From Chrysochromulina tobinii (lineage: Eukaryota), in assembly GCA_001275005.1 (NCBI GenBank), contig JWZX01003158.1, positions 1-61,938 of the forward strand: a DNA stretch of 61,938 nt, given 5' to 3'. Below, in pieces: positions 11,902-21,572 of the stretch. Made by a program: the position numbers and the translations under genes. Every line of letters starts with the position of its first letter. Position 1 is the stretch's first letter. The notes beneath the pieces are model-generated. The model did not search any database, had not been told where the DNA came from, and saw nothing but the letters and a program-made list of their open reading frames with translations.

Positions 11902-14900
11902 CTACACCCCGGTCACGCGCTCTCCAAACCTGTCGGGCTGCGGCAGGTAAAACTCGTCGTCGACGCCGTCGACGACGAGCGGCGCGTCAGGTGCGGATGC
12001 CTTGGCATAGACGTGTGTGACGAGGCGGCGGCCCTCGGGCGCGCCGGGCGCGACGTGCGCGTCGAAAAAGTGGAGCAGCTGCTCGCGCGTGACGCCGCGC
12101 AGCCGCTTCGCCGAGCGCCACGGACGGCCGTAGTCGTACCGGCGCGTGACGATCTCAGTCCAGAGACGGCTTGCCTGCTGGCCGAGCCGCTGGTCGACGT
12201 CGGTCACCTGCGAGGCTAGAGCCTCACGCACGGTCTTGAGTTCGCTCTCGGGCAGCTGCGCGAGCGTCGGTCGGAAGCTCTGGAGGAAGGCGTCGATGCG
12301 TCGCTCGACCTCGGGTGGAGGCTGGATGGCCGACTGCACGGAGAAGACGAGGGAGCGCACGCCCTCGGATTCGGACACAGACGACTGCACGATGTAGCCG
12401 AGCTGCTGCTTCGTGCGCAGCTCGCCGTACAATGGCTGCTCGATCAGCTGGCTGAGCACAGCGAGGCACAGCCAATTGTCGCCATCTTCCTTGCCGACCT
12501 GACAAAAGACCTCTGTGGCTGAGTTGGCTTCGGCCGCGTTGGGCGCCACGTACTGTCGCAGCGTGCGCCCCACCGGGACGATGCGCACGCGCCGGCGCGG
12601 GATGCGCTCGGGCGCGAGCGCGCTGCTCGCGGGCAGCGCGGCCGTCACCTTGGCGGTGATCGCCTCTGCGTCCGCTGCGTCCAGGTTGCCCGCGAAGAAG
12701 CACTCAAGGAGGCTCTCCGGGAGAAGAGCGCCTTGGAAGCGTCTCACGTCGTCGATGCTCGCCTTCGAGACGGCGGCCTGCTCGGACGGGTCGCAGATCT
12801 AGTCAGTGGCAACCAGAGTGGCACACAAGGCCAATCCGTGGCAATCAAGGACATCAGTGCGATCACCTGCAGCTGCTCGATGGGATAACGCGGGGTCTCG
12901 AGCGCGAGCTGCCGGTAGTACGAGCACAGCCCGACAGGCTGGCGCTTCTCGAAGTTGGCGAGCTCCTGTTGCAGCGCCTCGCGCGTGCGCTCGAAGACGC
13001 TCGGCTCGAGCGCGGCCGTCTTCACCTGCGCCGCCACGTACTGGAGCAGCTCGGGCAGGCGCGAGCTGTACCCGCTCGCTGTCAGGAAGAGTCCGTTGTA
13101 CTCGGCGCCTACGCCCGCCCCGAGACCCGCGAGGCCCGCTTGGTAGGTCGACTCCTGCAGCGTGTCGCCGAGTGTCGACTGGAAGAGCTGAGCGGTGATC
13201 GACGCCTCCGCCGATGCATAGAGGAGCGGTGAGCGGAAGAGGAAGAAGGCGAACGCGCGCGGCCGCTTGAACGTCGCATCCTGCAGAAAGTGGAGAGTGA
13301 GCCCAGGCCGGTTGGCAAGCACCGTCGGCGCCACCTCAGGGCGCGCCGGCTGGATGCACGCCGCCCTGGCGCCGCCGCATTTGAGCGCAAAGTCGGTCGG
13401 GATGAATGGGTTGGGGAGCGGCGGGCGGAGCTCGGCGGGCGAGATCGTGGCCTCCCAAGCCTCCACCTCGCGCGTGAGCGGCAGCGTGGCGTACTTGGTG
13501 CCGTAGATGGGCTCGGTCAGGCTTGCGGGCACCTCGAGCTGCTTGGCGACGAGCGTGATCAGCGCGTTGCGCGGCTGGCGTGTCCAGTCCAGCATGAAGG
13601 CCGCGCCCACTTCCGTGCCTGACCCGACCAGGTTGGGACCGCTGATCCAACGGTCGGGCTCGAAAAAGGGCAGGCTGCCGCTGATGTCGGTGGCGAAGTC
13701 GCTCGGGCGCGAGGGCTCTGCATACTCGAAGCCCGTCCGCGCCATCGTGCGGTACTCTTCCACTACGTACGGCGGCACGCCCGCCTCGCTCAGGGTACGC
13801 AGGTACGCGAAGAGCAGGCCGCTCACGTCACGCCACTTGGTCAGGCCGAGGGGCGTGAGGTCGATGGAGACCGAGAGGATGACGAAGGCGCGCGAGAACT
13901 CCTCGACGTTCGCATCGAGCCCGTTGGCGAGCCCCTTGCGCTTGAGCAGCGGCAGCAGCCCGCCCGGCCCGCGGTTGCGCACGAGCAGCGACCACACGCC
14001 CTCCGGCTTTGCGTCCAGCCACTCGTTCAGGTTGGTCACCGGAAGGCACCATGCGACCTTGAGCTCGCGCATCTCCTTGACGGGCACCATGAGCGTCGCC
14101 CTCGGCGGCTCGCGCGCCGGGTTGAACGGCAGCGGCAGCCCGTCGTACGCGCTTGAGGCGCCTGGCAGAGCAGGGCGCGCCGCGGGCACCGCCGCAAAGT
14201 GGCGCAACGCGAGGCTCTGGAGCTCATCGAGGGGTTGCGGACCGACGAGCGCGAGCGACATCTGGTCGGCCTGGTAGAAGCGCCGATGGAAGCTGAGCAG
14301 CGCGTCGCGTGTCGCGTCGTCGCCATCGTGCAGCGTGCGTCGGTTGCCCGTGCTGAACTTGGAGTACGGGTGGTTCGGGTCCGCGCGTAGCTTGAACAGC
14401 TCCTCGTACCGCCAAAAGTCCGACTGCAGGTTCTTCGAGTGCTCGGACTCGATGGCACTCACTTCGCGGCCGGTGGCCGCCGGCGTGAATAGCGGCGCAG
14501 TGAAGAAGCCAGCGAAGCGCTCGAGCGCGCCGGGCAGCCCCGAGCCCTGCACGTCGAAGAAGTAGTTGGTGTCCTCGCTCGCAGTGTATGCATTATTGGA
14601 GCCACCGTAGTTGGCGATGTACTGCTCAAACCCACCCTCTTCAGGGAAGGCTTTGGTGCCGAGAAAGAGCATGTGCTCGCAAAAGTGGGCAAGCCCGGGC
14701 AGCGAGGGGGGGTCACTCATGGAGCCGACCAGAACGTCCATCGACGCGGCACCCTTGGCGGCGTCCGGGTCCGAGGCGAGGAGCACGCGCAGGCCGTTGG
14801 CGAGCACGAGGCCGCGAAAGCTACGGCGGTCGAGTGCCGCTTTGGCGACCGAGTAGACGAGCGTTCCTGGCGGCCCGGCGGCCGCAACAGCGCCGCCAGC

Positions 14901-15071
14901 ACGCAGCACAGTCGGTGCGGCCGGAATCGTCGCCGTGAGGCCAAGGATTGCGGTGATAATGGCACGGCGTGTCACGGCATTCGAGGCCGCGGCGGAGGAG
15001 CCGGAGGCGGTTGTGGAAGACGCTGCGCGCCAGCCCACAGGAGGCAAGAGGCGCTGAGTTCGCACCCGCAT
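11902..15071 (-). CDS. M16A insulinase-family (insulin-degrading-enzyme-like) zinc metallopeptidase, 2 exons, about 1026 aa, N-terminal organellar targeting extension
   Basis: PGLAHFCEHMLFLGT (inverted HxxEH zinc motif), NAYT and ELRTKQQLGYIV. The GT-AG intron 12778-12866 joins ORF 12744..15071 in phase 0 to the frame of ORF 11902..12747. Confidence 0.92.
12778..12866 (-). other. 89-nt GT-AG intron containing decayed GATTGCCAC-type units
   Basis: CAG|GTGATC...TTGATTGCCACGGATTGG...GTTGCCACTGACT...CCGAGCAG|GCC; removal restores the frame. Confidence 0.85.
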
Positions 15072-15300
15072 CGACGACGATCGGACGCCGAAAATTCGTC
15101 AAAAGTTTGCGCGCGCTGGCGCGGCATCACTCAATGTCGCTGCGAGAAAGCATCTGTAAATGTAAACAAAAAGCTCCTGCCATTCGGACGGCGGTCAAGT
15201 TTGAAATTGTCCGAGATCCGAAGAGATATGAGACTCGTGTCCAAAAAAACCGAGGAAACGAATCCAAAATGGGTGGGCTCTGGCGCGGTCGGCACCGTCC

Positions 15301-16281
15301 ATGGGGGCGACACCCAACATAGAGCCGCTGAGCATCACCGTCGCGTCAGTGCTCGCTGCGCGCAACTACTTTGAGGTAATTGGCCTCGAGCCGTCGCGGT
15401 GCTGCGGCACCGAGCTCAAGAGCGCTTACAAGAAGACGGCGCTCAAGGTGCATCCCGATAAGTGCGAAGATTCTCGCGCGATTGAGGCCTTCCGCCGGCT
15501 GCAGGAGGCGTTCAAGGTCCTATCGGATCCGATGCTCCACGCGCGCTACACGCAGCACCTCGCGTCCGCGGAGACGCGCGCGGCCGCCGGCCGCGCCCAC
15601 GCCCGGAGCGCGGCATATGCGCAGCGCGCCAAGATGAGCAAGGACGAGCTCGAGCGGCAAGTGCGCGAGATGATGGCGCGGCAGAGCAAGCAGCAGCCGA
15701 TGGCAAGCAGTGAAGCAGCGCGCAAGGCCGCCGAGCAGCGCGTGGCACGCGAGCGCGAGCGGCAGCAGCGCCTCGAGAGGGAGGAGAAGCAGCGGCAGCA
15801 GGATGCGATGAAGCGGCGAGCAGAGGCGGAGAAGGCGCTGAACTCGGCGCGTAACCGCACGCCGCGCACGCCGAAGCCCAAGGCCGAGGAGGTGCTCGAC
15901 CCGGAGGCCATCAGGGTCGCCAAGGAGCGCGAGAGGCGGCGCGCGGCTTCGATGGGTTTCCTGTCCGACCAGATGGGGTGGGCACGCGCCACGAGCCGCG
16001 AGGATGCGGGCAGCGCACGCGGCAGCGGCCGGCAGGGCTCGACCCGACGCAGCAGCAGCCCCGGCAGCGACTCGGAGCGCAGCCCGGGCAGGCAACGGCC
16101 GAGCTCCGCGCGCAGCCCCGTCGCAGAATCGCCATTTGGCGAGCTGCGCTCCCTGCGCCGTGCGCAAACCGAGCGCGCACTCAACCGGCCGGTGCCGGCG
16201 TCATCCTACCTGCCGCGGTTCATGCACGCGAAGCCGACAAGTACGGTGACGGTGTCGGCGACCGTGTGCCAGCAGATATGA
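15301..16281 (+). CDS. J-domain (DnaJ class C) protein with charged coiled-coil C-terminus
   Basis: NYFEVIGL...LKSAYKKTALKVHPDK...AFRRLQEAFKVLSDP, a J-domain with the HPD motif. Confidence 0.9.
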   Translation: MGATPNIEPLSITVASVLAARNYFEVIGLEPSRCCGTELKSAYKKTALKVHPDKCEDSRAIEAFRRLQEAFKVLSDPMLHARYTQHLASAETRAAAGRAHARSAAYAQRAKMSKDELERQVREMMARQSKQQPMASSEAARKAAEQRVARERERQQRLEREEKQRQQDAMKRRAEAEKALNSARNRTPRTPKPKAEEVLDPEAIRVAKERERRRAASMGFLSDQMGWARATSREDAGSARGSGRQGSTRRSSSPGSDSERSPGRQRPSSARSPVAESPFGELRSLRRAQTERALNRPVPASSYLPRFMHAKPTSTVTVSATVCQQI

Positions 16282-16906
16282 GGCGACCGGCGGGCCGATC
16301 ACCAGGTAGGAGCCGCGCAGCCGCGGCAAGCGCGGCAGCAGCAGCAGCGGCGGCGCCCGGCGGGCGACGCCGAGATGGATCGAGATTGATTAGGTACAGG
16401 GCCACATCAGAGCCACGAAACTTCGGCATGGGCAGGAACGTATCATGGCACTGGTCATGGGCATGATGGTTTGCGTGAGGTCGTGGGGAGGCCGATGCAG
16501 GCGGCGGCACAGCGAAATCGCAAAGGTGGTGAGCGTCACTGGGGTGCATATGTCATCAGATTCGTGGTCGAGATCGGACCTGGCCCACATGTAAAGATGG
16601 GTGCACGTTGATGGGGCCGGTGTCTTGCTCTTGGAGTATCAGCTGCGATTGCGCGGTGTGGTGCGATTTATAACTTACCGCACATATTTAATAATTAAAT
16701 TATTAACATTTAATCCCGGATATTTGATATTACTTACCGCACTCGAGCCTCATCGGCTCATGCTAACAAAAGACAAAACGACACATTCCGTTCGATTTAA
16801 ATATGCTACGACTGTGTTTCATTTTGCTTCGAGTTGGAGTTCGCCTCTGGCGTACTCGCTTCCGCCGGGGCGCGCGCACACCCGCGTCGCAGAGCTCACA
16901 AAATCC

Positions 16907-18490
16907 TCAATACTCGGGCACCCACTCGCCCCTGTGGCGCAAGTATGCAGGCGGATCGACGGCGGCATCGATAAACGGCCCCGCTCCTCCGCCAAGGCCA
17001 CTCAGAGTACTCCCTAGCTTGCTCCTTGTTGCCTTCAACCCCTCACACTCGGCCCACAGCGTGGCGGGGGCCGGGCTGCTAGGGAGCATCAATGCTGCCG
17101 CTCCGCCCGGCATTTGAAGGATCAGGTCGACTGCCTCGCACCGTGACGCGCCACGCAAGTCGAGGCGCGCCGCCACGAGGGGTGTACTGCTGCTCCTCGC
17201 GCCACCGCCGTACACAGCGCGGATCGCTTCGCGTACTTGAAGGGAGCCGTTGAGATGCAGCCACAGACGCGAAAACCCCGACGGGGCTGGATGGAACCAG
17301 CTGTGGTCGGCCGCCCCCGGCAGCACTGACCGGTACGCGGAGCCCACAGGCGATGCGGCCACAGGGTACGTCGTCTCGAGCACTGCGGTTGAGTTGCGAA
17401 ACTGGTACCGGTACACGTGGCCGCCCACGGTGCGCGCACTGGCGCGGCTGTGGAACTTAAAGACGAAGGAGCGATACATGAGCTCGAGGAAGAGGACGTC
17501 GCCGCGTACGCAATGCTTGTACAGGTCGGCTGGCATGAGGAGGCTCAGCAGGACGGCGTCGGCAAAGGGGGCACGCCACGTGCCCTCGAGATGATTCCAC
17601 AGCTCGGCAAAGATACTCGCATTGAGGACGAGGAGAGGGTCGTCGGCAATGTCGCTGTCCGGTGCCGGCAGCAGCTCCTCCTTAGTGATCAGCTCCTCCC
17701 ACGCCTGCCAGTCGCGTCCGATTGCCATGCGCGGGCCGTGGGCCTCCCACGCCCCGATTTTCAACAGCTTGCTCACCCACGGATGCATCGAGCAGTAGGA
17801 GCGTGCTCGCGCATGCGTGTCGACGTGCGGCGAGCGCTCGATGTCGAGAGTCGGCGAGCGGCCGCGGTGGTCGGCGTACCAGAGCGTGTTGCTGCTCTGA
17901 ATGATGGCGCTCACGCTCACGTCTTTCCACACGAAGCCGTCCGCATCCGTAACCAGCACGTGAGATGCTCGCATTTCGTCTACGGCGATCGAGGCGCCAT
18001 ACGCACGCTTGATGGTGCGCCAGATGGCACCATAGCGCAAAAGATCTTCGACACTTGCAAAGGGCCGCGGTGCAAGGCAGCCAATGGCCTCGGGCATGCG
18101 GTGTACGTCTGCGAAGCTCGCGTTGGAACTGCGCTCGCGAAGGGCAGTGGCAAACGAACGCAGGAGCACCCCACCAACTTGCGGCTTGAGCGCTGCAAGC
18201 TCCGCATCATCGGTGGCCAGCAAGAGCACGCGTGCAGTTGCGTACAGTTCGGGAGCGTTGGTGATTAGCGAAGTTAGCAGCTGGATCGTCGGGCGAACGT
18301 CTACCTGGCGATCGCCTGCTGGCGGCCGAGTTGAGATGACTATTGCAAGTGCGGCAGCACCTCCATGATGGCGCACGCGCAGTGGCTGTCCTACGGGTGT
18401 GGGTGCGCACCTTTGTGCTACGAAAGTCTCAGCTTGCTGCGACATGTGTAGAATGCGTGAGCGAGCTCGGCGGCGACGCACGGTGGGCAT
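16907..18490 (-). CDS. Hypothetical protein, possibly glycosyltransferase-like (DxD motif)
   Basis: 527-aa ORF with globular composition and a hydrophobic strand plus DAD (VLVTDADGFVW). The family assignment is weak. Confidence 0.6.
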   Translation of the reverse strand: MPTVRRRRARSRILHMSQQAETFVAQRCAPTPVGQPLRVRHHGGAAALAIVISTRPPAGDRQVDVRPTIQLLTSLITNAPELYATARVLLLATDDAELAALKPQVGGVLLRSFATALRERSSNASFADVHRMPEAIGCLAPRPFASVEDLLRYGAIWRTIKRAYGASIAVDEMRASHVLVTDADGFVWKDVSVSAIIQSSNTLWYADHRGRSPTLDIERSPHVDTHARARSYCSMHPWVSKLLKIGAWEAHGPRMAIGRDWQAWEELITKEELLPAPDSDIADDPLLVLNASIFAELWNHLEGTWRAPFADAVLLSLLMPADLYKHCVRGDVLFLELMYRSFVFKFHSRASARTVGGHVYRYQFRNSTAVLETTYPVAASPVGSAYRSVLPGAADHSWFHPAPSGFSRLWLHLNGSLQVREAIRAVYGGGARSSSTPLVAARLDLRGASRCEAVDLILQMPGGAAALMLPSSPAPATLWAECEGLKATRSKLGSTLSGLGGGAGPFIDAAVDPPAYLRHRGEWVPEY

Positions 18491-18574
18491 GCATTGGAGT
18501 GGTTCGATTTGTCAAGTCTACAATTCTCCGAGGACACGTATGACAGCACTTATGACGTGACACCTCTAGGAAGA

Positions 18575-18645
18575 TCATCTCCGCCAACACCCTTCCACCA
18601 CAGCTGGCTTCCGGAGCACATTCGATAGTGACTTTGACTTGACTT
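18575..18645 (+). repeat. Dispersed repeat copy 1 (54-bp core followed by GACTT repeats)
   Basis: 18575-18628 matches 28617-28670 at 50 of 54 positions; both are followed by gacttgactt. Confidence 0.85.
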
Positions 18646-18770
18646 CAAGTTGCAGAACGCTACGCGGCCTAAATAGGCAAGTCAAATAGGAATTCACTGT
18701 TGGAGTCAAATCGGCATTGGTAGGCACCCTCATACTCCGAGTCCGCTGTCGTCTCACTCGTTAACTAACT

Positions 18771-20102
18771 ATGAAAAACTTTGAAATGCATGCAACCATG
18801 AAAATTGATGGGTTGGGTGCCTTGACCGGACCTCGCCGCCAACTGCGAATGATCGCCCATGAGAGCCTGCATCGCTTGGATTTCGCGGTGGAGCACTTGG
18901 CTGGAGCCTGGTCGCTGCGCAACGCGTGCGTTGTCTACCAAGCTCATGGCCGCCAATTGAGCGCCCAGTTCGTGAGCTTTGAAGGCCGCACAGCACACAT
19001 CCTGGCATTCTCAGAATACCGCTTCAGCTTTGTGCGTGTTTCGAATGTGCGAGCTGCGCGGAGCTCCGAGCGCGAGCGATACCGCCGCAGGTGTGCCGCA
19101 CGATCGTTGGGAATCGCCGCTCCGCTCCTGCAAAACAATCTCTTCCATGCCCTCTACCATGCAGTGCCTCTTCATTCAGACACAATCGGTCGCTCGGCGC
19201 TTGTAGAGGCGGCCACGTTCATCCCGCTGCTTGCGCACAAGGCCAGGATGCTTCCGAACTTAACATCTTCTTTTGAGTGGCGTGCATGGGAGCTGACGCT
19301 TCGTGCCTTGACGGCACGGACTGCATCGCAGATCGCGGCTGACGTGCGGAATCTGCTGCGCAACGAATGCACATGCTTCGACCTTGTTCTCGGATCGACT
19401 GGAGCCTTTGGGCCTGCGGCATCGAACGCAGCGCCTGCCATTCGCGCCTTTCGGGACGCTGCGGTGGCGCACGCTCGGGTCAGTTTGGGTCAGTTTGGGC
19501 AGTTTGGGAGCTCCCAGGGAGCTCGGGTCAGTTTGGGCAGCGCGCTCCCTGCCGCATGGGCACCACGACTCTCCTCCCGGTCTCCGCCGTTTGTCTTCAT
19601 TTGTCGATCGCAGACCCGCGTCCTCGTCAACCAAGATGAGCTTGTGGGCTTCCTTGGACCTGAGGTGGTGCAATCGGTGCAGATTGAGAGTTTGCCGCTC
19701 AGCCAGCAACTGACGCTCATTGCTGGAGCGAGTGGCATGGTGGGGGCGCATGGGCAAGCGATGGCGCTGCTCGTGTTCCTTCCTGCAGACTCTCGGCCCA
19801 CAGCCGTCATCGAGGTGCTTCCACCCCCACCGGAAACCGAGTCCGGCTTGCAGGTGAAGCCACCATACTGGCAGCTCTACTCGTCCTTGAGCCACGCCAT
19901 GGGAAACACGCACGTGCAATTCAGCGCAGCGCTTGCACCGCCGTGCTCGCGCTTCACTCATGTCGTAAACAAGGCGTTGGCGCCGCCAGATCGCATGCTG
20001 AGGTGCAACCTCTCGCTCGTAGGACACACTCGTCGGGAATTCCTCAGAAAGGTCCGTAGGCTTCATTATAGGCTTCACGCGAGCACGGCCAGCCTCAGTT
20101 AA
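18771..20102 (+). CDS. Glycosyltransferase family 61 (DUF563-type) protein
   Basis: NLFHALYH, RSQTRVLVNQDEL and ESLPLSQQLTLIAGASGMVGAHGQAMALLVFLP...AVIEV match the GT61 motif order. Confidence 0.8.
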   Translation: MKNFEMHATMKIDGLGALTGPRRQLRMIAHESLHRLDFAVEHLAGAWSLRNACVVYQAHGRQLSAQFVSFEGRTAHILAFSEYRFSFVRVSNVRAARSSERERYRRRCAARSLGIAAPLLQNNLFHALYHAVPLHSDTIGRSALVEAATFIPLLAHKARMLPNLTSSFEWRAWELTLRALTARTASQIAADVRNLLRNECTCFDLVLGSTGAFGPAASNAAPAIRAFRDAAVAHARVSLGQFGQFGSSQGARVSLGSALPAAWAPRLSSRSPPFVFICRSQTRVLVNQDELVGFLGPEVVQSVQIESLPLSQQLTLIAGASGMVGAHGQAMALLVFLPADSRPTAVIEVLPPPPETESGLQVKPPYWQLYSSLSHAMGNTHVQFSAALAPPCSRFTHVVNKALAPPDRMLRCNLSLVGHTRREFLRKVRRLHYRLHASTASLS

Positions 20103-20288
20103 GCTGACATGAGCCTCAAGATGAGCTACTCTCGGTCCCTCACTGCTCACACCTACTACAGTGGCCGAGCCGCGCTGGGGGTACCGAGTGTAAGGTGTCG
20201 CTGAGACTTGCAGAACCGGCTCCGACGTGCTGACTGTGTGACTCGGTGACCCCACAACTCCCCACCGTCTGAGCTCTAATGACCATTA

Positions 20289-20676
20289 GGGTTTGTGGGG
20301 TCCCATGATTTCGCAGGTGGGTGTGTGAAATCACAGGAACCTATGAATTCACGCCTACCCGCGATTTCACAGGGGAGTGCGATTTCACACTAAGGCCTGT
20401 GATTTCACAGGAGGGTGTGATTTCACGCCCGGGGGTGTGATTTCGCAGGGGGCTGTGATTTCACGCCCAGGGGTGTGATTTCGCGGGGGGCTGTGATTTC
20501 ACGCCCGGGGGTGTGATTTCGCAGGGGGCTGTGATTTCGCGTCCGGGGGCGTGATTTCACAGGGGGCCGTGATTTCACCCCCGGGGGTGTGATTTCATGG
20601 CTTCTCGAAATCACACCCCCCCCTGTGATTTCACACACTTCTGTGATTTCACACCCCAACCTACGAAAACGCACCC
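20289..20676. mobile_element. Putative non-autonomous DNA transposon (MITE-like) filled with TGTGATTTC[A/G]C repeats
   Basis: TA|GGGT...ACCC|TA ends and imperfect ~28-bp subterminal inverted repeats (tttcgcaggtgggtgtgtgaaatcacag versus the reverse complement of 20641-20668). Internal 19-20-bp units; no convincing coding capacity. Confidence 0.6.
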
Positions 20677-20926
20677 TACTGACGAATCGCATGGACCTCT
20701 GTCCGGCGGGGGTTTAAGTTAAAGTTATCTACTGGAGCGCCTTTTGCACCATGGAAGAAAATGGACATGTAGACTAGGGAGGGATTATATCACACATACC
20801 TTGATTTCAAACTGAGTGGTAGCCGATCAATTGATCATCAGTACCGTACGACACGTAACTCAATCGCGCCAAGCATATCGCCGCAACAACAACTGGGCTG
20901 CACCTCGAAATGAACGTCTTTACCAG

Positions 20927-20996
20927 TCTCACAGACCCACCTCCGAGGACGCGGAGGTGAATCTCACAGACCCACCTCCGAGGACGCGGAGGTGAA
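20927..20996. repeat. Perfect 35-bp tandem duplication spanning a stop codon; each unit holds an 8-bp-stem hairpin
   Basis: tctcacagacccacctccgaggacgcggaggtgaa at 20927 and 20962, with the inverted repeat CACCTCCG/CGGAGGTG inside each unit. Confidence 0.9.
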
Positions 20997-21389
20997 CATT
21001 GTTTTGTAGGCGCTGCTCACATCGAAGCGGGCGGGCGGAGCGGCCTCCGTGTGCCAGCGCTTGGAACCTTGCGACCCAAACCACGGCGTGCCTGGATTGT
21101 ACGTCTCCTTTTTGCTTGCCAGCTCCGAGTAGCGCGGGCCCGTGGCGGCGGACGCCACTTTGCCGCGCTGCAGATACGCCGGGCCAATGATGCGCTCGCG
21201 GCCTGTGGCTTCAAAAAAGGATCCCACTGGGGCGTTGTATGCGCCAGTGTGCGACATATTGCCTGCGGTGAAGCGATCACCGATCTCACCGATCGTGCCA
21301 CCAGGCTTATGCAGCAGGTGAGCATAGGGCCCGTTCGGCGAAGCCATGAGCTCCTGTCCGCCAGTCATCGAGCGCGTCTGGACCGGCAT
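20964..21389 (-). CDS. Small hypothetical protein (about 141 aa)
   Basis: ORF 20964..21455 with first ATG at 21389; protein-like composition; head-to-head with the SET gene. Confidence 0.6.
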   Translation of the reverse strand: MPVQTRSMTGGQELMASPNGPYAHLLHKPGGTIGEIGDRFTAGNMSHTGAYNAPVGSFFEATGRERIIGPAYLQRGKVASAATGPRYSELASKKETYNPGTPWFGSQGSKRWHTEAAPPARFDVSSAYKTMFTSASSEVGL

Positions 21390-21572
21390 GACTCCAGGTG
21401 GTGGCCTACCTTTTCGTACATGTATTTGGGGAACTTCTGGAAACTTCCAGAGCAAAAATTTTGAGGACTTGGTTCAGGAGGGGTAAAGAAGTGTCCTCTT
21501 TGCGCCGCTCGCTCGCTCTTCACGTGTCGCTGGAAAAAAGGAGCGTGTGAACCTGTGAAGGCTCGGAAAAAA

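Noticed and set aside
19260..20255. 331-aa minus-strand ORF
   Set aside because: It is antisense to the GT61 gene and has no motifs.
20423..20692. 89-aa ORF with EITP/VKSR repeats
   Set aside because: It is a translation of the TGTGATTTCAC repeat array, not a credible gene.
20927..20996. CRISPR-like 35-bp palindromic repeat
   Set aside because: Only two abutting copies, no spacer, and the unit is the 3' end of a coding sequence.
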